Shown: one piece after another, positions 46,822 through 56,483 of the stretch
How the letters are laid out: the number at the start of each line of letters is the position of its first letter
Position numbering within the stretch: the stretch's first letter is position 1
Assembly (NCBI GenBank): GCA_963790955.1
Contig: CAWBQM010000003.1
Span: 227,385-291,384 of the forward strand
Reading direction: 5' to 3'
Length of the DNA stretch: 64,000 nt
Source: an uncultured Chloroflexia bacterium
Lineage (GTDB): Bacteria > Chloroflexota > Limnocylindria > Limnocylindrales > CSP1-4
Made by a program: the position numbers and the translations under genes
The notes under the pieces: model-generated
Seen by the model: the letters and a program-made list of their open reading frames with translations, nothing else
Told to the model about the DNA's origin: nothing
Database searches by the model: none

Positions 46822-48431
46822 GCCAGGCCCGCCATGCGCAGGATGCCGAGACCGTTCTGACCCGCGCCGAGGAGGCCGTCGCGCGACAGCGCCCAGCCCG
46901 CGTCGTACGACACGGGGATGACCGGGACCTGGGCCGCCACAATCGACTGTGCGTCCTCGTACTCGGTCAGTTGCTGGGCCGGATCGCTGGTCGCGCCCGC
47001 ACGCGCGATCGCCGCGTCGAAGTCCGCGTTGCTCCAGCGGCCGTAGTCGTTGGTCTGACCGGTTCCGAGCAGGAGGCCGAGGAAGTCATTCGGGCCGGGA
47101 TAGTCGGCGACCCAGCTCAGCGCCCAGAACGCGGGCGGATCGGCCGCGAGGCGATCGAAGTAGTCGCCGAACGGCATGGCCTCGAACTTGACCGTGATGC
47201 CCAGCACCCGGTCGAGCTCGGTCACGATCGCCTGGTCATAGCCCGTCCCGCCGGTGACGAGCGTGATCGTCGGGAAGCCCCGACCGCCGGGGTAGCCGGC
47301 CGCGGCCAGATCGGCCTTCGCGGCCGTGGGGTCGTAGGCCGGGACGAAGTCGCGATCGCTGCGACCGGGCACGCCCGGCGGGACCATGCTCGTGGCCGGG
47401 GTCGCCGTCGCGAGGCCGCCGAGCGTGACGATGCGCTGCCAGTTGACCGCCTCCGCGAACGCCTTGCGGACACGAGCGTCGTCGAATGGCGGCGTGCGCG
47501 CGTCGAAGCCGTAGTACGTCACGTCGAGCGCGGGCACGGCCCGGAGCTGGGGGCCGAGGTCGCGGTCGTAGGCGATCCACGACGCGTCGTAGTCGCTGAT
47601 GGGCGTGTAGTCGACGTCGCCGGCCTGGAACGCATCGACCGGGCTTCGGCCCTGGAGCGACGCCAGCAGATGGACGGTCTTGATCGCGGGCGTGCCCGCC
47701 CAGTAGCGGTCGTTGGCCTGCAGGGTCAGCTCCGACGCGCTCGACGCCGCCAGCCGATAGGCGCCGCTGCCGACGAAGGCGCCGGGCCGTAACGCCGCGT
47801 CGCTCTGGCCCACCTCGGGCGGCACGATACCGAACGACGGGCCGGCCACGATCGACGCGAAGTCCGCCGCGGGCCGCGACAGCCTGACCTCGACGTGCCG
47901 GTCGTCCGCTGCCCGCAGCCCGACCGACCCGGGATCCGTGGCCTGGCCCGTGCGGTAGGCGGTCGCGCCCTCGACATCGTCCATGAGCGAGGCGAGGGGC
48001 GACGGCTCACGCGGGTCGATCAGGCGCAGCCAGCTGCGTACGACGTCGGCGGCTGTCAGCCGGGTCCCGTCCGAGAATGTGAGGTCGGGCCGCAGGGTGA
48101 ACGTGATCTGCCGGCCGCTGTCAGAGACCAGCCACGAGTCTGCGAGGGCCGGCCGCAGCGTGAGGGTCGTGTCGAACGCCGTGAGCGTCTCGAACAGCTG
48201 CGCGGTGACCGCGGCGCTGCCGGCGTCGCCCTGGAGGGCCGGATCGAGCGTCGTCGGCGAGCCGGTCAGGATCGCCACATCGTTCGGTGTCGCCGCGCGC
48301 ACGACGCCCGGAGCACCCGTGCCGGGCGGCGCCGCGACCCCGAGCGCGATGGCCGCGATCCCGAGGATCGCCAGGATGCCCCGGCGACGGATTCGCCGGC
48401 CTGCGTGGCCGTTGCTCAGGACCTGCGCCAC
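46809..48431 (-). CDS. Peptide ABC transporter substrate-binding protein (family 5)
   Basis: TLDP, LFETL, PALADSW, FTLR..FSDG..LTAADV, GSGAY, PFDDARVRKA, W.ADYP; Arg-rich signal peptide. Confidence 0.9.
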   Translation of the reverse strand: MAQVLSNGHAGRRIRRRGILAILGIAAIALGVAAPPGTGAPGVVRAATPNDVAILTGSPTTLDPALQGDAGSAAVTAQLFETLTAFDTTLTLRPALADSWLVSDSGRQITFTLRPDLTFSDGTRLTAADVVRSWLRLIDPREPSPLASLMDDVEGATAYRTGQATDPGSVGLRAADDRHVEVRLSRPAADFASIVAGPSFGIVPPEVGQSDAALRPGAFVGSGAYRLAASSASELTLQANDRYWAGTPAIKTVHLLASLQGRSPVDAFQAGDVDYTPISDYDASWIAYDRDLGPQLRAVPALDVTYYGFDARTPPFDDARVRKAFAEAVNWQRIVTLGGLATATPATSMVPPGVPGRSDRDFVPAYDPTAAKADLAAAGYPGGRGFPTITLVTGGTGYDQAIVTELDRVLGITVKFEAMPFGDYFDRLAADPPAFWALSWVADYPGPNDFLGLLLGTGQTNDYGRWSNADFDAAIARAGATSDPAQQLTEYEDAQSIVAAQVPVIPVSYDAGWALSRDGLLGAGQNGLGILRMAGLAWQR

Positions 48432-48580
48432 CAATCCCCCATCAGCTCGGTGCCGCTGCGCGGCTCGAACGAGGCCAGCTCGCGCTCGATCGGGATGGCT
48501 GACCGCGGCCGGACGGCCCAGGCATACGCGTCCGACGAGAAGCCGAACAGGAGAACCAGAACGCACACCCAGCGTCGCAC
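48416..48580 (-). CDS. Leaderless small protein (54 aa), hypothetical
   Basis: TATACT-N6-GTG; MRRWVCVLVLLFGFSSDAYAWAVRPRSAIPIERELASFEPRSGTELMGDWWRRS; end overlaps the SBP start. Confidence 0.6.
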   Translation of the reverse strand: MRRWVCVLVLLFGFSSDAYAWAVRPRSAIPIERELASFEPRSGTELMGDWWRRS

Positions 48581-48761
48581 CGATCGAGTATACGGACCAT
48601 CGCCCGCGGCACGAAAACGGCGGGCAGGAAATGAGGCCTCGCCGAACCACACCGCCGGGGGAACGATGTCTTGAAGCGAGGCCTCGCTCGTGGGAACGAG
48701 GGCCCGCAGGTTTCGTTAGGGCAGCACATCGAGAATTGCCGGGCGCCGCTAGGATGCAGCA

Positions 48762-48856
48762 ATGCCCCCGGTCCGGCACTCGGCGTGCGGCCGCCTGGAC
48801 GGCGGCGTCAGCGAGACCGAGCTCGGGCCGGTCGGGGCGCCGCCGGTCGAGCATCG

Positions 48857-48860
<4 letters not shown>
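48762..48860 (+). CDS. Putative leaderless uORF (32 aa) coupled to cysS
   Basis: TAGGAT-N6-ATG; the stop TGA overlaps the cysS ATG (ATGA). Confidence 0.4.
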
Positions 48861-50407
<1,547 letters not shown>

Positions 50408-50436
50408 CCACCGGGCCCACCCGCGCCAGCCATGGC

Positions 50437-51441
50437 CTACGTGCCGGAGGCGATCCGTCCGGCACGGTCGACCAGGTCGAGTCGGCGTCCGAAGCGATCC
50501 AGGAGCCGGTAGAAGTTGCGCTTCGAGAGCCGATTGCGCTCGGCCTCCGGCAGACTCGTCCAGCCCCGGTGCTCGTGCCGCAGGAGTGGGAGCCTGTCCA
50601 ATGCCACTGCCCGGCGGGGCGCCGTGTCCTCGCCTTCGTCCCTGAGCACGAGGCTCCACCAGATGTCCAGGTTGCGATAGAACCGGAACTTCTCGTCGAG
50701 CGGGCCGCGCGCGGTGTAGTCGGCACGGCGGAACGCCTGGCAGTACCCGGCCACGGCATCCACCTCGCCGGCGGCCTCCTCGAACTGGCGCAGATCGGCG
50801 GACGCCAGTCCGAACGGGCCGGCAATCGCGACATCCGGCTCCTCGAGGGCGGCGACGAGCGGGCTGATGGCGTCTCCGGTCAGCTCGATGCTCGTGTCCA
50901 GGCACACGACCGTGGCCGCCGCCGCGCGCCGAATACCCGCATTGAGAGCAGCGCCATGGCCGAGGCGCTCGCTCGTCACCACCACCTCCGTGCCGATCCC
51001 CGGCGCGCCCGGGTCCGCGGCGTCGAGGGCGACCAGTGCGGCCTCTTGCTCGGCATCGAGCGCGTCACCGACGACGACGATCTGGAGACCGTCGGGCCCG
51101 TGCTCGACGAGCGATGCCAGACAGCGTTCCAGCTCGACCGCGAAGTCGGTCGCGACTAGGACGACCGAGGCGAGGCCGAGCGCGGGCTCCTGGAGCCGGG
51201 ACGGGACGTCGACGCTCCGACCATAGCGGACGAGCCCGCCACGCTCGACCGTCGGCGCATGCGCCCGCGTCAGCCGGTAGGACAGCCCGGCGTCGACGAT
51301 CTCCCAGCCGGCAGCTTCGATCTCGACTCGCAGGCGATCCGCCTCGGGCCAGTCGCGGCCGGCCCGGGCGAGCGCGCGGGCATCGGCCAGCTCGACGATC
51401 TCGGGCGGGATCGAGGCACGGCGGTCGGTCGCTGAGCTCAC
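50437..51441 (-). CDS. GT2 glycosyltransferase fused to an N-terminal CysRS-type anticodon-binding domain
   Basis: N-terminus ARAGRDWPEADRLRVEIEAAGWEIVD; GT-A core RCLASL, GHGAALNAG, LDTS, GYCQAFRR, LDEKFRFY; TATCCT-N6-GTG start. Confidence 0.8.
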   Translation of the reverse strand: MSSATDRRASIPPEIVELADARALARAGRDWPEADRLRVEIEAAGWEIVDAGLSYRLTRAHAPTVERGGLVRYGRSVDVPSRLQEPALGLASVVLVATDFAVELERCLASLVEHGPDGLQIVVVGDALDAEQEAALVALDAADPGAPGIGTEVVVTSERLGHGAALNAGIRRAAAATVVCLDTSIELTGDAISPLVAALEEPDVAIAGPFGLASADLRQFEEAAGEVDAVAGYCQAFRRADYTARGPLDEKFRFYRNLDIWWSLVLRDEGEDTAPRRAVALDRLPLLRHEHRGWTSLPEAERNRLSKRNFYRLLDRFGRRLDLVDRAGRIASGT

Positions 51442-51540
51442 CGACGCAGGATACGTCGCACGGCCGTTCGACCCGGTGCCCGCGCCAGGCGTCCTCGCGT
51501 TCGGTGGCGGCGGCGACGCCCTTAGCGTCCCGTCGACTGG

Positions 51541-52482
51541 CTATGGGGTCGCGGGCAGGCGCGTGATCCAGTACGGCGTCTGTGGCGTCGGCGGGGTCGA
51601 GAACCTGGCGTTCGCCGCCCACAGGCGGCCGGCGCTGAAGGCCGCCGTGGCAGGCACGTCGAGATCGGGCGATTCGATCTCACGCAGCACGACAGCGACC
51701 GTCAGGCTCGGCCCGAGCGCGACTGCCGCGATCCGGTTGTCGAAGTTCTGGACGACGAACAGCGTGCTGCCACGGAGCTCCAGCCCGTCGGTGTTGCTGA
51801 GTGCCGGCGAGGCTCCCGCGTGCACGTCGATGCGGGTCGCGACACCGGTCGCCGGGTCGATGCGGAACAGGTCGCCGGTGATCGTCTGGTCGGCCACCAG
51901 CCAGCCCCGAGTGGCGACAATACCGTTGAGATTGAGCTGGCCCGGGACGAATGCGAAGTCACCCGAGATCGGCAGGGTATCGATGGCCGTGGCATCGGGC
52001 AGCTGGCCGGCCGGCCCGAGCGGGATGACGTCGAGGACGTCGGCGAACGAGTCGGTGACGTACACGGCGTCGGGCGTCGCGACCAGGTCGTTCAGGAAGC
52101 CCGGTGCGAACTGGTACGCGGCCAGCAGCGCGCCGCTCGACGCGTCGTAGACGCGAACCGCGCCGGTCGGTCCACCTGCCGCCCAGACCCGGTTGTGCGC
52201 CGCCTCGTACTCGGTGCCGACCGCCACCTCGCCACTTGCGCCCGGAACGAGCACGTGCCCGACACCGGTGCGCACGTCGCCCGTCCAGATCGCGCCGTCG
52301 GCCAGCGAGCCGACGAACACGGTCGTGCCGGGACCGGCGGTGATGCCCTCGGGTTGCCAACCGAGCGGGAGCGGGATCGTCTGCGGGAAGTTCTGTGCCG
52401 CTACGGGCGCGGCGACCATGAGACCGGCGACCAGTGCCGGGAGGGCCGCTCGCACGGTGGCGAGACGCAGGCGTCGGAGCAC
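51541..52482 (-). CDS. Secreted SMP-30/gluconolactonase-like beta-propeller protein
   Basis: Signal peptide; PEGI, FLNDL, YVTDS, NGI, DGL; AGGAGG SD. Confidence 0.8.
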   Translation of the reverse strand: MLRRLRLATVRAALPALVAGLMVAAPVAAQNFPQTIPLPLGWQPEGITAGPGTTVFVGSLADGAIWTGDVRTGVGHVLVPGASGEVAVGTEYEAAHNRVWAAGGPTGAVRVYDASSGALLAAYQFAPGFLNDLVATPDAVYVTDSFADVLDVIPLGPAGQLPDATAIDTLPISGDFAFVPGQLNLNGIVATRGWLVADQTITGDLFRIDPATGVATRIDVHAGASPALSNTDGLELRGSTLFVVQNFDNRIAAVALGPSLTVAVVLREIESPDLDVPATAAFSAGRLWAANARFSTPPTPQTPYWITRLPATP

Positions 52483-52829
52483 GGGAGACCTCCTTCTCGT
52501 GGCAGGCCACCCCGGGCAGGGCTCTGGCCGGCCGGATTGCCGGGCCCGCCCGCAGGGTGCCGGCGAGATCGTGCCGGCGCCTCGGCGGGTCCTCGGACTG
52601 CGTGTGGCACAGCCTACGCTCCGAGCGCCAGGATTGGTATCGCAGCGGTCGGCCGAGGCGAGGCTTTCGAGCGGTTGCGAGCACGATCGTCGAGGCCTGG
52701 GGCCTGGGACCGCTTGCGGTTCTGAGGCAGGTCGTCAGGATCGCGACTGGATCGGCTGTCCGAGACGAAGATCACTGGGAATGTCCGCAGCCCGACGTGC
52801 GGTTGTACGATGTGCGCCTTCGTCAATGA

Positions 52830-53948
52830 CCAACCCCGAGGGCATTCAACACGGACCCCGTCACCCGTGCGCCCGGCGATCGCGCGTCCCCATCCGGTGA
52901 GCTTGCCGGGCGGCGAGAACGCGAGCCCTCGAGAACCCAGCGGCGCCAGCTGACGGTCCTGTTCTGCGACATCGTCGGCTCGACGGAGCTCGCCGGCCGG
53001 CTCGATCCCGAGGATCTGCTCGAGATCGTCCGCAACTACCAGGCGGCGAGCGCGAGCGTCGTGGCCAGCTATGACGGCCATGTCGCCCAGTACCTCGGCG
53101 ACGGGTTGCTCGTGTACTTCGGCTACCCGACCGCCCACGAGGACGACGCGCAGCGTGCCGTGCGGGCCGGCCTTGGCATCGTGGAAGCGATCCGTGCCGA
53201 GAACGAGCAATTGGAGCGTGACTGGGGCGTCCGCCTCGCCGTCCGCGTCGGCATCCATACCGGACTGGTCGTGATCGGCGAGCTCGGGGCCGACCGTTCG
53301 GTCGAGGACCTGGCCGGCGGCCAGGCTCTCAACGTCGCCGCCAGGCTGCAATCGCTGGCCGAGCCGGACACGATCCTCCTGAGCGCCTCGACCGCCCGCC
53401 TCGTGCGCGGCTATTTCGAGCTCGAATCCCTCGGCACCGTGGAGCTCAAGGGCCTCGGTCAGGCGATGGACCTCTACCGGGCGGTGCACGAGAGCGCGGC
53501 GCGTAACCGCCTCGAGGCCGCCGGCGGCGACCTGACGCCGCTCGTGGCGCGCGACGACGAGGTCGGGTCTTTGCTCGCGGCGTGGGCCGACGCCCAGGGC
53601 GGCAGCGGTCGCGCCATCGCGCTGACCGGTGAGGCGGGCATCGGCAAGTCCCGCCTGGTGCGCATGCTGCTCGGCCTGCCGCCGGATCCGCGCTATCCGC
53701 CTCCGACCTCCACGCGCGAGCGGCAGAAGCAGCTCACGATCGAGATCCTCGTCTCGGCCATTCTGCAGCGCTCCGGAGAGCGGCCGGTGTTATTCGTCAT
53801 CGAGGACAGCCATTGGGCCGATCCCACGACCCTCGAGCTCCCGGGCGCCCTGCTCGAACGCGTCGGCGGCTCCCGACTGCTTGCGATCGCGCCCGATCCG
53901 ACGGGCGCCGACGTCATCGACATCCAGACCCTGGCGACACCAGACTGA
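52830..53948 (+). pseudogene. Decayed class III adenylate/guanylate cyclase + AAA ATPase
   Basis: RRQLTVLFCDIVGST, YLGDG, RVGIHTG, NVAARLQ, GEAGIGKS, VIEDSHWAD. No in-frame start before the first catalytic Asp, apparent internal deletion, truncated C-terminus. Confidence 0.75.
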
Positions 53949-53951
53949 CCG

Positions 53952-54968
53952 ATGCTGGAGCCGGGGCACGCAGGCCGCTCCGACATCGAGCCCGACCAAC
54001 CGGCCCACGCCTCGGAGGCGCCCGAGCCCGCGGCCTCCGAGGCTGGGCCGCACGGCCGGCCGCCGTTCCGCTCGGCCGCGATACGCTTCGGGCTGATCGG
54101 CATCCTGGCGGCCATCGCGTTCTGGCTCACATACGCCGGCTTCGTGCTGACCGAGGCCGGTCAGCGGATCGAGAACCAGGCCCTCCTCGGCGCCGCGCTT
54201 CGGGAGCCGGCCGACCGCCAGGAGTCGCTCGGGCACCTGTCGGCCGTGAGCCTGAGCTCCATGGGCCTCGCGCTCGTGGCCCTGTTCGGGGTCGCCTTCC
54301 TGCGCCGCCGTTTCGGCCTCGCCGCCCTGGCCGCGGTGGTCGTCCTGGTGTCCGTCGGCTCGGCCGAGCTGCTGCAGCTGGTCCTGCCGCGTCCGGCGCT
54401 CCTCGCCGGGCCGGCCTGGATCCTGCGCAACAGCTTTCCGAGCGGCCACACCGCGGCCGCGGCCAGCATCGCGATGGCCGCCCTGCTCATCGCGCCCGAC
54501 CGGCTGCGCTGGCTTGCCCTCCCGCTCGGAGCGGCGTTCGCCGCGGCGATCGGTCAGGCGACGCAGATCGCCGGCTGGCATCGATTGAGCGGGTCCATCG
54601 GCAGCATCGCGCTCGCCGTGGCCGTGGCCTCCGTGTCGATCGCCGTGCTGGCCCGGCTTGGTCAGGTACGGCCGTCGACCCACGGCGGCATCAATGCCCG
54701 ACTGCTGTCCGCACACTACGCCGTTGCCGCGGCCGTGCTCGTCCTGGCCGTCACCGTGGCCCTGCTGCCTGCCGCGTTTCCCGTCCTGCGCGCACCGGAG
54801 GGTGCGTCCGACGCGTTCGCGCACACGGCGTTCGACCTGGTCGGCATCGGGCTGACGATCCTGACCTTCGCCCTGTTCGCGCGCGCCATCGAGCCGTACT
54901 CCTTCGGACGCGCAGCGCGGTCAGGCCCCACGTCGTCCGACCGATCGGACAGCGCGCCCGAGGGCTAG
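53952..54968 (+). CDS. PAP2-family membrane phosphatase-like protein
   Basis: LPRP, NSFPSGHT, GWHR; many TM helices. Confidence 0.8.
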   Translation: MLEPGHAGRSDIEPDQPAHASEAPEPAASEAGPHGRPPFRSAAIRFGLIGILAAIAFWLTYAGFVLTEAGQRIENQALLGAALREPADRQESLGHLSAVSLSSMGLALVALFGVAFLRRRFGLAALAAVVVLVSVGSAELLQLVLPRPALLAGPAWILRNSFPSGHTAAAASIAMAALLIAPDRLRWLALPLGAAFAAAIGQATQIAGWHRLSGSIGSIALAVAVASVSIAVLARLGQVRPSTHGGINARLLSAHYAVAAAVLVLAVTVALLPAAFPVLRAPEGASDAFAHTAFDLVGIGLTILTFALFARAIEPYSFGRAARSGPTSSDRSDSAPEG

Positions 54969-55001
54969 CTGAGCCGCGGCGTCAACGACCGGCGGAGCGC
55001 C

Positions 55002-55658
55002 TCACTCGACACCCTCGGGCACGGACCACGGCTCGCGTTCGAGGGCGGCCTCGAAATCGGCTCGGGTGTGGACCGGCTCCCCGTGTGGCACGAGCACCCG
55101 CTCGAACGGCAGCTCGAGCATGGCGCGCAGCGCGGGCAACGTCCTGCGCTGGAGCAGCGGCGTCCACCATACGCGCAGCACGCCGTCGGGCGCCGTCATG
55201 CCGTCGGCGAACACGATCGTGCGCTGCTCGGGCAGGTACAGCGGTCGCTCCATCGCCGAGCGGCCGTCATCGAGCGCGACGAGACCGCCCGGCAGGACGT
55301 CGTCGGGCCGGAGCGGGGTCATCTCGGTCCGGGGCATGTCGTCCCGCCAGAACAGCCACGGCCCGAATGCCGGAATCCCGTACCAGTGCGCGAACACGTC
55401 GAGGTCGCGCACGTGATCGGGCTTCAGGATGACGATCGCCGTCGGCAGGCGAGCCTCCAGACGGTCATACACCTCTCGCGCGGTCGGCGGCGGGGCGAGC
55501 GGATCGAGGAGCACGGTCTCGCCGGCCGACTCCACGACGACCGACGACACCTCGGGCTGCCAGTCGGCGCCCTCAGTCCATTCCCAATGGCGCTGACGCC
55601 AGAGCCATAGCCCGTCGGCGACATCGCGCACGTCGACGTGGGCGCTCATCGGTTGCAT
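55002..55658 (-). CDS. Metallo-beta-lactamase-fold protein with degenerate metal motif
   Basis: VLLDP, KPDHVRD, FADG, PHGEP; GGAGG SD. Confidence 0.65.
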   Translation of the reverse strand: MQPMSAHVDVRDVADGLWLWRQRHWEWTEGADWQPEVSSVVVESAGETVLLDPLAPPPTAREVYDRLEARLPTAIVILKPDHVRDLDVFAHWYGIPAFGPWLFWRDDMPRTEMTPLRPDDVLPGGLVALDDGRSAMERPLYLPEQRTIVFADGMTAPDGVLRVWWTPLLQRRTLPALRAMLELPFERVLVPHGEPVHTRADFEAALEREPWSVPEGVE

Positions 55659-55692
55659 GACGACCTCCGTGCAGGGTGTCGGCCGGCGTGCC

Positions 55693-56388
55693 TCAGCTGC
55701 CGGCGATGCGCGTGGCCCCGTCTGTGCCCGGCGCGGAGGGCGCGGATGGCGGTCGAAGCGGGATGACGAGCGTCTCGATCGGCGGGTAGTGTTCGATCTC
55801 GGCGACGAGCGGGATCGCGCCCTCGGTGGGCACCGCGAAACGAGCCGCCGCGGCCGCCGTCAGCAGCACATAGGCGGCGTGGCCGACGACGCCGGCCGCC
55901 TCGGTCTTGAGCAACCGATGGGCGAGCACGACCTGGGCCCCGACGAGCTCCTGCCGGCCGGCGATGTCCTCGACGACGAACGGGCCGGCATGGAGCACGA
56001 ACTTCAGGTCGAGGCTGTCGACCCGCAGGCACGCGTCGCACGTGCACGTCCACAGCTCGTGGGCCTGGGCGAGCCTCCGCCGGAACTCCCCGTAGCACGC
56101 AGCCACGCAGGCCAGCAGGGCCGCGCCCTGGGGCACGTCGGTCAGGTCCGTGGCGTACGCGAAGACCGCATCGCCCTCGAGCTTCGACAGGATGAATGGC
56201 GGCACGAGCCTGCTCAGGATCCCGTCGAGCAGGCTGGACATCATCGCGTACGCGTCGGGGATCGCCCCATTGGCGAAGGCGTCGTCGGCGTGTGCGAGGG
56301 CGACCGCCTGCAGGAACGAGGTGTAGCCGCCGATGTCGGCCAGCACGAGCGGGCCGTCGGCCGTGTGGCGCGGTGGCGGGCTGATCAA
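55693..56388 (-). CDS. DUF2652 family protein (nucleotide-cyclase-like fold)
   Basis: LADIGGYT, SKLEGDAVF, CTCDAC, LKFVLHAG, HRLLK. Start TTG 56388 (uncertain). Confidence 0.78.
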   Translation of the reverse strand: MISPPPRHTADGPLVLADIGGYTSFLQAVALAHADDAFANGAIPDAYAMMSSLLDGILSRLVPPFILSKLEGDAVFAYATDLTDVPQGAALLACVAACYGEFRRRLAQAHELWTCTCDACLRVDSLDLKFVLHAGPFVVEDIAGRQELVGAQVVLAHRLLKTEAAGVVGHAAYVLLTAAAAARFAVPTEGAIPLVAEIEHYPPIETLVIPLRPPSAPSAPGTDGATRIAGS

Positions 56389-56483
56389 CGGAACCCCCTG
56401 GCGTTGTGCCGGCTCGGCGCACCCGAGCATGCCACACGACGGACCCGGGCGCTTCGGGGCATGTCTCGCAGCCCGATTGCGGC

